64,000 nucleotides of DNA from Podarcis filfolensis (lineage: Eukaryota). The DNA is taken from assembly GCA_964270895.1 (NCBI GenBank), contig OZ185449.1; one strand, written 5' to 3'. The notes beneath the pieces are model-generated. The model searched no databases, was not told the DNA's origin, and was given only the letters and a program-made list of their open reading frames with translations. Shown piece by piece: positions 1-13,052 of the stretch. The position numbers and the translations under genes are program-made. The stretch's first letter is position 1. Each line of letters begins with the position of its first letter.

Positions 1-99
1 GTGGGAATCCTGCAAGCAGGACCTGAGCACAAAAGCACTCATCTTGCTTTTGGTTTCCAGCTATTGGTATTCAGAAGCATTATTGCTTCCAGCTCAGGA

Positions 100-350
100 G
101 ACAGAGCACAGCCATCCAGCCATCGTGGCCAGTACCCATTGATAGTCTCCTCCTCCATGAAGTTACCTAGTCCTCTTTTAAAGCTATCCAAGTTGTTGGC
201 CATCTCTGCCATCACTAGGAGTGAGTTCCGTGTGAAGAACTTTCTTTTATCTGTCCTAAATCCTGCAACTTCATTGGATGTCCATGAGTTCTAGTGTTAT
301 AAAGGAAGGAGAAAAACCTTTGTCCACTTTTCCCATGCCATGTATAGTTT
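100..350 (-). mobile_element. Degenerate CR1 LINE 3' fragment
   Basis: Resembles the reverse complement of the CR1 3' region and the better preserved copy at 30297-30800 (ctccatgaa...cttttaaagc...gttggccatc...ggagtgag). Boundaries approximate. Confidence 0.5.
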
Positions 351-362
351 TATAATCTAGCA

Positions 363-612
363 CAGGAGTAGGCAACCTAAGGCCCGGGGGCCAGATCCAG
401 CCCAATTGCCTTCTCAATCCGGCCCGTGGACGGTCCAGGAATCAGCGTGTTTTTACATGAGTAGAATGTGTGCTTTTATTTAAAATGCACCTCTAGGTTA
501 TTTGTGGGGCATAGGAATTCGTTTATTTTCCCCAAAAAAATATAGTCTGGCCCACCACATGGTCTGAGAGACGGTGGACCGGCCCACGGCTGGAAAAGGT
601 TGCTGATCCCGG
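363..612 (+). mobile_element. hAT-type non-autonomous DNA transposon (MITE), 250 bp
   Basis: Imperfect terminal inverted repeats CAGGAGTAGGCAACC / GGTTGCTGATCCCGG. 8-bp target site duplication (TSD) atctagca/aactagca. A second copy in reverse orientation lies at 48152-48418. Confidence 0.85.
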
Positions 613-1541
613 AACTAGCATGTCACCTGTTACTCACCTTTTTAGTATAGAGAAAAGTCCAAACGCTGCAACCTTTCTTCATAAGAGAGTTTATATGCCC
701 TTGATCATTTTGTTTCTGAAAGTGCAGATCAGGCCATTTCTCATTAAATACAAGCAGAATCTAATTCCTCCTCCATACTTAACTGGCAACAAAGGAAAGT
801 GTTGTGCTCTCTTTTTAACCTTGTCTTTTCGGATTCAAAAATCTCAGCCTTATAGAAGATCCTGTAATTTGACTGCATTTTGGTTCCAAGAGGCTCAAAA
901 AACCTTTGGGAGAACTTTTTCCTTAAATGAATGTTGAGGTTCAGCCATCCCTTGTGATGACTGCATTGAGTCTGATAGAATGACAAGCCTAGAGCCTCAG
1001 TAAGGATCTGTGCTGTGCTGCAGCAGGCAGGAGAAAGGATGAAGTGCTTCCCCTTACTTCACCACAGGGATGCTGAGATCATTTTGGGTGCCATTTGCCA
1101 GTCCTCTGCACATCAAATTTAAAAAATCATAACCCCCCCCAGGAGGAAACTACCAAAGAAGCTAAGCAGAGGAAGAGGTAGGTTACGTTAGTGTGCATGG
1201 CTAAAGCTTAAAACTGTTGACCAACCAAAATGTCAAAGAATAGTGAGACTGGATGGAAAACAAAGTGGGGGAGATTGTGTGAAAGAAGATGCTCGCTTTC
1301 ATTGAAGCCTGCCACAACACTCCAGTTTTCTTGGGTTCTGTGCTGTGATGAGGAGAGGGAGATGCAGCCTGGTTGGAGTAGATCCCTTTCTTTTACACCT
1401 TTTCTGCTACCAAGTGAAATAGTCGTTGGCTTTCACCAATCGGCCTAAAATTCCCTGTGTCTCCCCCAAGAACACTTCCAGGTATCTTAGCATGTGGCAC
1501 TAGACATGGGGCAGCCTATTAAAGGAGACCATTCAAGTTAT

Positions 1542-1980
1542 TTTTCCCAGTAGTGGTGTATGGAAGTGAGAGCTGGACCATAAAGAAAGCTGATCGCCAA
1601 AGAATTGATGCTTTTGAATTATGGTGCTGGAGGAGACTCTTGAGAGTCCCATGGACTGCAAGAAGATCAAACCTATCCATTCTTAAGGAAATCAGCCCTG
1701 AGTGCTCACTGGAAGAACAGATCCTGAAGCTGAGGCTCCAGTACTTTGGCCACCTCATGAGAAGAGAAGACTCCCTGGAAAAGACCCTGATGTTGGGAAA
1801 GATTGAGGGCACAAGGAGAAGGGGACAACAGAGGATGAGATGGTTGGACAGTGTTCTCGAAGCTACGAACATGAGTTTGACCAAACTGCGGGAGGCAGTG
1901 GAAGACAGAAGTGCCTGGCGTGCTCTGGTCCATGGGGTCACGAAGAGTCGGACACGACTAAATGGCTAAACAACAACAAC
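1542..1980 (+). mobile_element. BovB (RTE clade) LINE, 5'-truncated 3' end
   Basis: ORF 1553-1969 (YGSESWTIKKADRQRIDAFELWCWRRLLRVPWTARRSN...) is the typical BovB reverse transcriptase C-terminus. (CAA)n tail. TSD attcaagttat/atgcaagttat. Confidence 0.92.
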
Positions 1981-2849
1981 ATGCAAGTTATGTGAAAACA
2001 AGAACAAAAGATTAGTGGTTTTAAGGTCATTGTTAGGGAATAGGTTTAACATAGGAATAGCTGTAAATATGCATAGCTTTCCTTCCATTTGGAGCAAAAG
2101 AGCATATAAACAAAGAGTTAAAAGCAAATCTACTTTCCCTCCAGCCTAAAACATTCCCTATCAACATATGACAGCCAGGCAGTTCTTAAGATGTTAGAAT
2201 GGTGCCCTTTAGCAGGATTTCTTCCTTTGTCTCTTGAGAACATGCCTTGATCTCTTCATCCTTTGTTCTGGTTCTCCAATATACCTTCTGGCTACAAGCC
2301 TTCCAGTCCACCAGTTCAAGTACTAAAGTCTTTTGCCAACTATATACAGCTGACATGCTATTTTTCAATGAATCTACCACCTTGCAATTTGATCCCAGGG
2401 TGGGTCAGGTTTAACAAGTTCATGCCATAATCCCCAAACAAATTTACATGCAAAATTTGAATGTTTATATAACAGCAGAATCTATAAAAGGATCCTATAT
2501 TTCCTTTACAAAGCCGAAATGTCTGTTTCCCCCTCTTCTCTTGTTTCCTGAAACCCAAGATCCTGACTTAACTGGGTTCTGGTCAAGCTGCTTGATTCTC
2601 CCATTCTGCAACCCATTTTGCAGAGTTCTGCAAAAATTCTGTACTACTAAGATACAAATTGTGTATCTTAGTAGTACAGTGAAGCACATTCCTTACATTT
2701 GCAGCACAAAGATGTACTTTTAGAGTATTTTGGAATAAAAACTGCTTCCGTCTGCCTTTCACTTCAGAAAGAAAAAAAGGCGAGTAGAAGATGGAGATGA
2801 TAGAGGCATATTAAATTAAGCATGATACAGAGAAAGTGGGTAAGAGAAG

Positions 2850-3180
2850 TTTGTCTTCCACTCATTATATTAGAACCCAGAGTCATCCATTGAAGCTGCA
2901 AATGTTCCAAGATTCAGGACAGACAAAAGAAAGTACTTATTCATACAACACAAAGTTACACGTTTGAATTTTCTACCACAATATGAAATGATGGCCTTAA
3001 AAATGGATTATACAAATTAATGGAGGATATAGGAATTAATTTATTTGCATGTTGACATATTTAAACAATTTATATCCCATCCTTTGTCAAAACACCTCAA
3101 GGTGGATCACAATGTAAATGGCTATTAATGTCTAGGCTATTGCCTCCAATATTGGCAGTATTATGCTTCTCTGTGTTTTG
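2850..3180 (+). mobile_element. Old CR1 LINE 3' fragment
   Basis: agaacccagagtcatccattgaagctg...agattcaggacagacaaaagaaagtact resembles the CR1 ORF2 end (TRGHPLKL...RFRTDKRKY). Confidence 0.65.
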
Positions 3181-4496
3181 GAGTGTGCCTCCTCCTTAGA
3201 ATCCAGCAAGAGACTCTGCCGAGGGGGGGGGGATGCCACTCCTCTGAGCCTAGTAGGTAATTGATTCATGCTGCTGCTCTTCATTGGTAGTGATTGAATG
3301 TTCCACTCAAATGCTATATGGAGATGCTGCAGGATTGCTTGTCCTCAGCAGAGGTTGATTGGAAGGAGATAAGTCCATAGCAATGACTCATAAGAAGGAA
3401 ACATGCAACCCCCTCTGAGGATAGGTCAATATGCTTCATCCCTACAGCAAAAGCAATTGAATGGCTCTGGTGCATCACAGGCCAAGGCAAGGACAGAGCA
3501 ATGAGCCAGGCAGAGAGGCAGCAAACAAGCTCCTTTTTTGGTGGATGTTTGGGCTCAGATAAGCCTTTCTTAAATGTTCTCTCTACACATGCTCAGCTGC
3601 CATCTTTCCAAGTTAAAGGAGGTGGTCCAGAACACAACCCATGAAACTGTCCTTCTTTTGGCTTAAGCTGAATGGTTTCAGTGCTTTCCACAGGTCTGTC
3701 ATGCACAGGTCGTTGGCTTGTGCTATTACTTTTGATTCTCCGCCTGGTTTATAAGCTGCAGCAACAGCCCACAGGCACCATCTGTCCACTCAGCAAGTCA
3801 TCTGTCTACTCAAAGCCTGTAAAGATCTTTCCCACACTCCTCTTCTCCCGCTCTGCACTTTTGATTACTCCAGTGGAAATTGGATGGGCTTTACGAGGGA
3901 TGAGAGTTGATGCAAATGAAAACCGACTTGAGGCTGGTTGCCATGGCAAGCCTAAAGATTTACTATCTGGAGGGGGAACTTCTGCTCAAAGAGCCAGTGG
4001 CAACTGACCTTTTCCTATGGAATCGTCCAGCTGCAGTTTGCCTGTGAGTTTGCAACATAAAGCAAGCGGCAGCAAAGTGCCCACAGCAGACCTTTGTTTG
4101 GCTAAGAGGGCCAGACCAAAGAAGGGTGTTTCCTTCTTTACAGTATATCGGCAAAGAAGCCTTTGGCTAGTAAGACTGCAATAGTCATTTTATGATGAGT
4201 TATTTGCACCATGAACCCAACTTTGCAACTTGTCAAACCAGCAAGCTGGATGTTCGGCTGGTGAATGGTTTAGTCCAGAGATGGGGAACAATTTTATGGC
4301 TAACCAAGCCAGGTCCTTATTTGTCCCCACCTTCCATGAGCCAACATTGACAAGTGATTGGGACACCCTCTGTCATTTACTTGATGTCATGATGTCAGAT
4401 GGTTGACTGGTGGTTTGTCCCACCGACCAGTCAAAGCTCATTGCACAGTACTTCCCAAGTGTCCTGGCAGCCTTCTGATTTAATTATGTATTTTTA

Positions 4497-4844
4497 GGTG
4501 GCGCTGTGGGTTAAACCACTGAGCCTAGGACTTGCCGATCAGAAGGTTGGCGGTTCAAATCCCCATGACGGGGTGAGCTCCCATTGCTCGGTCCCTGCTT
4601 CTGCCAACCTAGCAGTTCAAAAGCACATCAAAGTGCAAGTAGATAAATAGGTACCTCTCCGGCGGGAAGGTAAATGGCGTTTCCGTGCGCTGCTCTGGTA
4701 CGCCAGAAGCAGCTTCGTCATGCTAGCCACATGTCCCGGAAGCTGTACACCGGCTCCCTCGGCCAATAAAGCGAGATGAGCGCCGCAACCCCAGAGTCGT
4801 CTGCGACTGGACCTAATGGTCAGTGGTCCCTTTACCTTTACCTT
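4497..4844 (+). mobile_element. Sauria-type SINE
   Basis: GGTGGCGCTGTGGGTTAAACC head, internal gcaagtagataaataggtac core and (ACCTTT)n tail. Closely similar to copies at 10574 and 57330. Confidence 0.9.
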
Positions 4845-4849
4845 AAGGT

Positions 4850-5210
4850 TTATACACCACTTGATTGTAAACAACAACAACAACCCACCCTCAAAAAAGT
4901 TTACAAAGCGAATAGAACAATAAAATTATCAGTATAAAGAGTGGAAGCAATTCTTTAAAACTTCAAAGGATAAAATCAACAAGAAATTACAAAAGCAGAT
5001 AAAGCGTATATCAACATTCCACGTGCCTGAACAGATTCACCTAAAAAAAAAATGTTTTCAGCAGGTGCCAAAAAGAGTACAGTGAATGTGCATGCTTGAT
5101 GTCCATTGGCAGGGAGTTTGAGAGCATAGGTGCTGGCATGCTAAAATGTTGATTTCTTACAAATGTGGAATGGACACTGGGTAACTGTAGCAAAAGGGGC
5201 TTTGCCAGCC
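4850..5210 (-). mobile_element. Old L2 LINE 3' fragment
   Basis: Similar to 31320-31800 and 11820-12130 (gttttcagcaggtgccaaaaagagtacagtgaa...ggcagggagttt). Confidence 0.55.
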
Positions 5211-5334
5211 CTGTGCTTGGCTCTTGAGTTAGTCCCAAACTTTGTACCTCCTCTTGTGCAGGGTAAAATCTGTCTTTTGATATATTTATTAAAAATAAGT
5301 GCATTTACAGATACGTGCATCCTTCATTTTACAA

Positions 5335-5490
5335 ATACTTAGACTTGGAAGATCAGGGTTCAAATCCCCACTCAGTCGTTCACTGGTTGTCCTTGGGCTG
5401 GTCACTTTTCTCAGCCTAACCTGAGGATGAAAAGTGGGGAGAACCATGTGTGCCACTTTGAGCTTCTTGGAGGAAAGAAAGGTAGGTAAA
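5335..5490 (+). mobile_element. MIR-like tRNA-derived SINE followed by (TACA)n/(TGCA)n microsatellite to ~5545
   Basis: B-box-like gggttcaaatcccc followed by ccttgggctggtcact...ctcagcctaacct. Related copies at ~8265-8500 (-), ~10270-10420 (-) and ~51570-51710 (+). Confidence 0.55.
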
Positions 5491-5559
5491 TACATACATA
5501 CATACATACATACATACATGCATGCATGCATGCATATATACATACACGAATGCTGCCCG

Positions 5560-6800
5560 CCCCCGGCGCGCATTGGGCTTCTTCAAAACCAAATTCCAAA
5601 TTCACATGCTTCCAGAGAGGTATAGGATCGCAGTGCAATCTATGCCCCCCCCCTTGAGTTCGATGGGATTTGCTCCCACGCAACCCAGCCGTGAATAGGA
5701 TTGAAGTCTAATGCAATAGGATTGGAGCGCAGGTGGGGAGCGTGGAGCAGCAACGCCCACTGATCTCAACTGGGGGCTTGCTTCTCAGTAAAGATGCATA
5801 CCCTAGCATTGCAGATGTACTCGTGATAACAACTTTTAATCTACGAACTGCAGCACTTTGCATTTCAAAGAATGTTGGAGGAAGGCTGGAAAACCACAGG
5901 CGGGAGACAGAAAACCCCGCCCGACTCCGCCTCGAACGCTCCTCATTGGTTCTGCGTGGCCGTCTATCACCTTTCCAGCCGGCCCTGCCTCTCGGTAGTA
6001 GTAGCAGCCGGGAGCCTCCGGCCCCCACCTTCCCGTCTCTGCCCCTGCTGCGTGCTGGGTTTGGCGAGGCGAGAGCCATGAATGTATTGCCAACTTTCCT
6101 CCAGACGCGCGCTGTGCGGCGGGTCCTTGCGCTCCGGGAGCGCACGCAGAGGCGGGTGAGTGGGGACTGCAAGGCGAGCGAGAAGGGAGGGTGCCTGCCT
6201 GCCCTTCTCCTGCAAGCTATACTGGCCTGCTTGGAAGTGCCAGGAGGAGAGGCGCCCGGCCGGCCGCAGCGCAGTCGCCCGCGGCTTGCTCGCGCAAACA
6301 GCCTGCGATATTTACGCGTTTGCAGTTTACCGACACATTCTCTCCCTTCTGTCTTTCGCGCGCGTGTACGTGTGTGTGTGTGTTGAGACTGGTTGTGTGC
6401 ACGCGTCTTTTTCTTTTGTGTCGACTCCTGCAGGAAGTCGGGAGGCCTTTTTCGCTTGCTTCTCCCCGCACCCCCCGCCGCCCTTTCTTTCTGCTGTTGC
6501 CATCTCTTTTGGAGGAGAAAGAAAGAAAGGACAGGCGCGGGTGGGATTTGTGGAGCGGAGCCGATCACCTATCACCCCATCGCAGAATGTATGTGAGGCT
6601 TCCTCCGGTTCTCTAGCCTCTTCCTTTACCTCCGCCGGCAGTCTCCCTCCCTTTCCCCCCACCCTTGGGTAGGCCGGGCGCTGGGTAGCTTTGTTGCTGA
6701 GTTGCCGGAGCTTGCGGTGGCTGGTGGTGGCTGGCCTCCCCTGCTGAGATCACCCCTTCCCCACCGCAGACGCGCCGCGCTCCTTAAGCATCCTATTATT
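5560..6800 (+). promoter_or_regulatory. AMER1: CpG island and promoter of AMER1
   Basis: High GC and CpG density against an AT-rich background. GC box CCCCGCCC at 5915-5922, reverse CCAAT (ATTGG) at 5945-5949, then a strong splice donor at 6156. Confidence 0.8.
6000..6155 (+). other. AMER1: AMER1 first (5'UTR) exon; start approximate
   Basis: Donor CGG|GTGAGT at 6155/6156 inside the CpG island. Matches the known two-exon structure of AMER1 and the acceptor at 12968/12969. Confidence 0.7.
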
Positions 6801-7994
6801 TTTAAGAGGCCAGGATAGCTTAGAGGCAAACCTGGTGATAGTTTGCCTGCAGGAAGCCCTAGGATTAGACCCTGGTACCTCCCTCTTTTATTTTATTTTT
6901 AAAGGACCAGGTAGCGTGCTAAGAAGCACACTTCTGCAGCTTTTCAGAACCAGAAAGCATTTCGAGTTGGAAAGCATCAGGATCGGTGAAATCAGAATCT
7001 ATCATCTTCCTGTGCTCTTTTTCAGAAAATGGGGTGGTAGCTTTGTGGTGGTGCACAGCCTTTAAGTGCAGAAGAACCAGGTTTGAGCCTTAGAAAATGT
7101 GGGTGATGGGAAACTCTTCCGCTAGAGAGCTGTTGCCCATCAGAGCAGACTATATTGGGCTAGATCACAGAGTCCCTGTACCATCATCTTCCTTTGGCCC
7201 TCCAGATGTTCTTGAAGTACGACTCCCATCAGCACCAGCAAACATGGGCAGTGGCAGTGGAAGATGGGAGATGTAGTTCAACCACCACACCTGGAGGGCC
7301 AAAGGTTTGGCTGGGTGCATGACACTTTCCTATGTGATTATGCTCCATCCACTTTTCAGTCTTATTGCCCTCTCTGTCTGGGGAAAAAGGCATATGAATA
7401 GTGTGGCCTTTTCACCATGAAACTCCCTGGCTTGGTGGACTCTTGCCTTTAATATCTTAATCCTCAAGAGGTGTTAGGCTGGTGGGTAATAGGGACAGGG
7501 CTTTTTCAGTGGTGGCCCCACAACTTCGGAACTCCCTCCTCGCAGAGATAAACATGACCTCATGACTGCTGGTGTTTAAAAATTCCAAACCCTGAAAACA
7601 GTAGTCTGTTTTTCGCTGAATTGTGTTGTGCATGAAAAAAACATTAGCTGCTACTATCCTTGGGTGTATATTTTATTTCCATGTGTTTTAGAGTCTTGTA
7701 AACAGCCTTGTGAAACTGGTGTGCCTGGAAAGATGGGCTTTTTTTTTTTTTTAGTAAATAAAGAGACTTTCTTCCCCCCAACATAGTTCCCTGATTGTAC
7801 ACCTAAAATGCTATGTGTGGATGTGTCAAACTTCACTTTGGAAATGCACAAGTGTTGTAAAATTGCACGCCTTAACACTGGCTGCAGCTTCTTATTGAAT
7901 GTAAATTCCATCACTCAGTCGCAAATATATGAAATTTCTGGGGGAAACATTTCTCTCTCTCTAGGCCTACATAAATCCAGATTTGATAGGACAA

Positions 7995-8175
7995 TGAACT
8001 CAGTGGTGGAGCATCTGTTTTGCATGCAGAAAGTCCCTGGTTCAATCCCCAGCATCTCTAGGTAGGGCTGGGAGAGAATCCAGCCTCAAACCCTGGAGAG
8101 CCGCTGCCAGTCAGTGTTGACAATACTGAAATAGATAGATTGATGGTATGGCTCAATATAAAGCAGGTACTGTGT
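7995..8175 (+). mobile_element. Squamate tRNA-derived SINE (Squam3-like)
   Basis: ctcagtggtggagcatctg...ggttcaatccccagcatctc...ctgccagtcagtgttgacaatactga. Further copies at ~19020-19215, ~21225-21410 and ~32660-32850 (+), and ~43860-43960, ~48097-48520 (split), ~60700-60890 and ~62990-63100 (-). Confidence 0.7.
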
Positions 8176-10573
8176 TTCTGTGGCTGGTCCTTCAAGTCCT
8201 GCCGATTTACGGCGGGACTTGGCTTCCTTGCGTTGTATTTAAGTGTCATAGAGACTGACATTGTTTATTTATTTATTGTATTTATTTCCCACCCTTTTCT
8301 CCAAGGAGCTAATGCGATGTACGCGGTTTCGCCCCTTCCTTATTTAAACCCCACAACAACCCTGTGAGGTAGGTTAGGGTGACAGGCAGTGACTGGCCCA
8401 CGCTCACCCCCTGAGCTTTATAGCTGAGTTAGGATTTGATTCCTGGTCTCCCAAGTAATAATATTCCCACTCTCTTAACTGCTACACCACACTGGCTCTC
8501 CCCTGTTATCTGTGGATTGTGTCCATCACAAGAGAAAAGTGACAGTCTTGTGGCACGCCTTTAAAAAAACTGACAGATTTATTATTGATCAATCCAGCTT
8601 CTCCAAGATGTTGTTGGACTACAATTCCCATCAGCCCCAGCCAGCATGACTGGTGGTCATGGATGACGTGAGCAGCAGGGTCAGGATCGGCCTTAGGGGC
8701 ATTATAAAGCAATGAGAGTCAGAAAACCTAGCTGAATCTTCTTCAAGGCACACAGAGATCTATCTACAGTTAGGTATACCAATAGCTAGGGTTTGTTTTT
8801 TCCTTTAAAGAAAAGAAAAAAAATGAAGCCTGGGTTTCAAGTAAAAGTCAAGAGACACTTCTTTTGAACATCTCTTGCACACGTTTTTATATTTGTGCTG
8901 GGTTAATTTATTTCCAGATTTTAGAATTCCCAGCCAGATCCTGTGCATAATTAAGTGCACAGGACTGTAGGCAAGGTCAGGCAAATCTAGTGTCGAAAGG
9001 AATCATCTGGACAGTTTTGTAAAAGTAGTTAATGTCATCTATGTTAATCGCTGTCAGCTTTTCTTTGTGATAGTTACATTAAATGAATACATACAGAAGA
9101 GCTAATGTTGACCATCATTTGACCCCATTTTTTAAATATCCTAATTGGGGTTGGGGGGTTGGAGGCTTGCATCTGCTTGCCTCCCTACTCGTTTTACAAC
9201 ATTGTATGTCCTGCGAATGCATGAACACAGTTTATAGCAGGACTGAGCAACCTCCAGCCCATCAGACTAATAAAGCCTGCTCATTTGGCTCACCAGACTG
9301 TTTTGGCCATGCTACACTCACCTGCCAGTCACCTGATGTCTTATATGATGCCAGGGGTGGACAGGTTAAAAAGGTGGCTGCACTGGGCCAGAAGCACCAG
9401 CTGATAGTTGGCACTTTAGGAGACTCATGTTCGATTCTTCTTAAGTCCTGACCATCCTCTGGGACCTCCCAAGAACTGCGTGCTGAGCTTTGAAGTTCCT
9501 AGCAACCAGATGATTTCTGGCACTTCAAAGTGCTGCACAGAGCTGTTTGCAGGAGGCTTGCAGAGAATCCTGCACAGTGCTTTTAAGGTTCTAACACTCA
9601 TTGCCACCTCATTTGACATCAGGTAATTGACAGGTGCTGCAGCCTCCCACCTTTCAAATTTGGTGGTGTAGTGGGTAGGAGAAAGAATAATCTTACAAGG
9701 TTAGAGTGTTAAAGGTGGCCAGATAGACCATCAAGCATAACTCCTTGCTTGGCATAAGTGTGAGGAACCTTTGACCCTCCAGGTGTTGCTAAACTAGAAC
9801 TCCCATCAGCCCCGGCAAACACAGCTAATTACCAGGGGTGACGTGAGATGTAGGTGAGAAGCATCCGAAGGGCCACGGGTTCCCCACACCTGGGGTAGAG
9901 TCTCCCCAGTAGATGGCTGTCCAGCCCCTGCAGAATGCAGGAGATTCATTAAGCTCTTGTGAAATTGTTTTCTGTGAAGATGAGTTGTGTAAAGCAAAGC
10001 ACCAACATTTGACCAACATGAGCTCATCAATTTAGAATTTGTGCGGCCGATAGCGATGGCTGCGACAATTCAAATGAAAGGCTATTCCATTGTAGCTGGA
10101 GAGCTATGCGAGAGAGTGAAAGTGATTTGACATGATATTAAATGTTGGCTTGTGATGCAATGCAAAGGTGAGATGGTGTTTTGAAGTCGTGTGGCCTTTG
10201 GTGAAATAAAACTCTTATTTTGTGGGGAGGGGCTTGCATATGCAGCATGAGTGCCTTGGCTGGGAAGTTATTTATTTACCCATATTTATTAATTTATATC
10301 CTGCCTGCCCTCCAAGGAGCTCAACACAGCATGCAATGTGTTCTCCCTCAACTCTTCTCTATCTTCACAATAGCCCTGCGGAGTAGGCCAGGCTGGGTGA
10401 TAGCGGCTGGTGCAAGATCCCTGCAGCTGTAGGCCTTCAGTCTGGGTTGTGTAAATGGCCTAGCACTGCCAGGGCATGGACTGAAGGCACGTGAACCCCC
10501 TTCCTGAAATGAAGTACATCTGGGTCTGGCCAGTGCCTGCATAGGTGGCCACCTGGGAATCACATGAATGTTA

Positions 10574-10931
10574 AAAGGTAAAGGGTAAAAGGACTCCTGA
10601 CCATTAGGTCCAGTCATGACCGACTCTGTGGTTGTGGCGCTCATCTCGCTTTCCTGGCTGAGGGAACCGGCGTACAGCTTCCGGGTCATGTGGCCAGCAT
10701 GACTAAGCCGCTTCTGGCGAACCAGAGCAGCGCACGGAAACGCCGTTTACCTTCCCGCCGGAGCGGTACCTATTTATCTACTTGCACTTTGACGTGCTTT
10801 CAAACTGCTAGGTTGGCAGGAGCAAGGACCGAGCAATGGGAGCTCACCCCGTGGCAGGGATTTGAACCGCCGACCTTCAGATCGGCAAGCCCTAGGCTCT
10901 GTGGTTTAACCCACAGTGCCACCCGCGTCCC
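10574..10931 (-). mobile_element. Full-length Sauria-type SINE
   Basis: Reverse complement of a GGGACGCGGGTGGC head and (ACCTTT)n tail. Perfect 14-bp TSD tcacatgaatgtta at 10560-10573 and 10932-10945. Confidence 0.95.
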
Positions 10932-11819
10932 TCACATGAATGTTAGCACAGGTATTATACCTGGAGAACAACCTTTTTTACACCCCCTTCTGAGTGCTTT
11001 AAAGTAGAGGCACAGGGAAGATAGTCTGGCATCTATTGACAGATCTCTGGTTGTAGTTATCTAACAAGGCTTTGGAATTTAATCCCAGAAACTGTCTCAA
11101 GATAATCTTAAACAGAACAGTGCTGATGTAGAAAGTTTTCAAGCCATAGGGGTTATAAATGAAAATTTTGAAGCAGCTGTCTCTGATCTGATGTGACTAC
11201 TATGATGGAAATGCTGCATTTGAGCACAGGCATTTTCACTTGGTCGGAAGCTGTTGAAGCCAGGTGCAAATGCGCTTGATGCCTAGTTAATTTCTAACAC
11301 TGCATGAAACTCACTGCTCAGTATCAGTCTAACTTACTTCTCAATGCTGTTGTGAGGATAAAGTTTGGAAGGGGAGAACGATGTACGTCACCTTCAGGTC
11401 TTTGGAGGTAAGGTGGGATATAAATTCAATGTAATTAATTAATTAAAAGACTAAATTGTGTGTTTCTGTGCTCAGTGCAGTTTCCCTTTCCCTTTTAAGA
11501 GAGTTGTTGGGTGCTCACTACTAATGAAAGATAGAAGTCTGACATTAATAACATTGCAGAGTCCCCTGCAGTTGCTTTGGCCTGTACTAGTCTTGGAATA
11601 AAAATTGCTACCAATGTTGACTGTCTGAAAAAGAATGAGGAAAAGCTCTGACTTGATCGATGACCTGATGTTAGAGCTCTATTTTGTTCTTAAATGTGCC
11701 ACCCCGAGGCCTGTAGCTCTCTCATCAGTCCGTTGTGGGGCCACAGGAGAGTAGAGAGAGAATATGACCAATAAATTGGTGGAACAGCCAATTCCAGGAT
11801 TTCTTAGGCCTCTTGTCTG

Positions 11820-12130
11820 AAAATTTATTTAATTTATTTCATACAGTTGGATACACCGGGAAACCTCAAAGCAGATTATAAAAAGATAAGAGAATAAAAT
11901 GAAGAAAAAACTACAACCCTACTTTAATACACACACACACAAATACTACAACATATTAAAATTACTTCAGCTTTCTAATCATCTGGTTAGAATGTTTTTA
12001 GCAGCTGTCAATAGGCAAGGAGTTCCAGAGAGCAGGTGCTGCCACACTAAATGACCAAGTTCTTACAAATATAGAACAGGTATTATGTGGCACCTGTTGC
12101 AGTGCCAATTCCACCCATGGAAGTGGTTGA
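11820..12130 (-). mobile_element. Old L2 LINE 3' fragment
   Basis: cagctttctaatcatctgg...caataggcaaggagttccag...gtattatgtggcacctg is shared with 31520-31700. Confidence 0.6.
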
Positions 12131-12206
12131 GTGGACACATGTGCAATAAGGCTTACATTGGGTTACATTAAATGTAATGTCCATTTGTGTATTTGTCAAT
12201 TTCTCC

Positions 12207-12251
<45 letters not shown>

Positions 12252-12703
12252 TTATTATTTATACCCCGCCCATCTGGCTGGGCTTCCCCAGCCACTCTGG
12301 GCGGCTTCCAAAAAAATATTAAAATACTGTAATACATCAAACATTAAAAGCTTCCCTAAACAGGGCTGCCTTCAGATGTCTTCTAAAAGTCTGGTAGTTG
12401 TTGTTCTCTTTGGCATCTGGTGGGAGGGCGTTCCACAGGGAGGGCGCCACTACCGAGAAGGCCCTCTGCCTGGTTCCCTGTAACTTGGCTTCTCGCAGTG
12501 AGGGAACCGCCAGAAGGCCCTCGGTGCTGGACCTCAGTGTCCGGGTAGAACGATGGGGGTGGAGACACTCCTTCAGGTATACTGGACCGAAGCCGTTTAG
12601 GGCTTTAAAGGTCAGTACCAACACTTTGAATTGTGCTCGGAAACGTACTGGGAGCCAATGTAGGTCTTTCAAGACCGGTGTTATATGGTCTCGGCGGCCG
12701 CTC
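12207..12703 (-). mobile_element. Young L2 LINE, 5'-truncated, with (TAA)n tail at 12207-12250
   Basis: Minus-strand ORF 12337-12672 (LHWLPVRFRAQFKVLVLTFKAL...RAFSVVAPSLWNALP) is the typical L2 ORF2 C-terminus. Confidence 0.9.
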
Positions 12704-13052
12704 CTACCTAAGGCTGCCAGCTATTTACCTAATGTAGGCTCTTCTGCTTTTTTTGAACAGCTGGGAGAAATGTAACAGGTGCTGCTTTCCTCCCATTTGT
12801 TACGTCCCTCCCACATTTAGAGGTATGGGAGCCCCAAACAGGGCAGCTGTTGTGGCCCTGGCTTTGCTTGGTTACGATGCACTTGGATGAAATAATGCTC
12901 AGCACCAGTATCCTCTCCTGATGCATTTCCTGTTGTCCCCCCTCCCCCTTCTTTCCTTTTTCTTTCAGATCAGCCAGGATGCTTCACCCAGAGCATGTTG
13001 AGGAAGATGCGGCCGCAAGAGACTGCCCTTCCAGCTAAACCCGCATGCCAGA

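Noticed and set aside
1553-1969. 138-aa ORF as a host gene
   Set aside because: It is the C-terminal remnant of a BovB reverse transcriptase ORF.
3660-4050. Minus-strand TATA box and E-box cluster as a muscle promoter
   Set aside because: Short common motifs with no associated exon or ORF support.
1-5500. Search for exons of ASB12, the expected upstream neighbour
   Set aside because: No ankyrin or SOCS-box coding sequence found; aacccaagatcctga at ~2552 gives NPRS followed by a stop and lacks an AG acceptor.
5708-6829. Several long ORFs on both strands over the CpG island (up to 286 aa)
   Set aside because: Low-complexity Arg/Ala/Pro-rich translations expected from GC-rich stop-poor DNA; no recognisable domain.
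9297-9622. Extra AMER1 5'UTR exon in intron 1 (donor CAG|gtaatt)
   Set aside because: Acceptor is weak and ambiguous; cannot be supported without transcript data.
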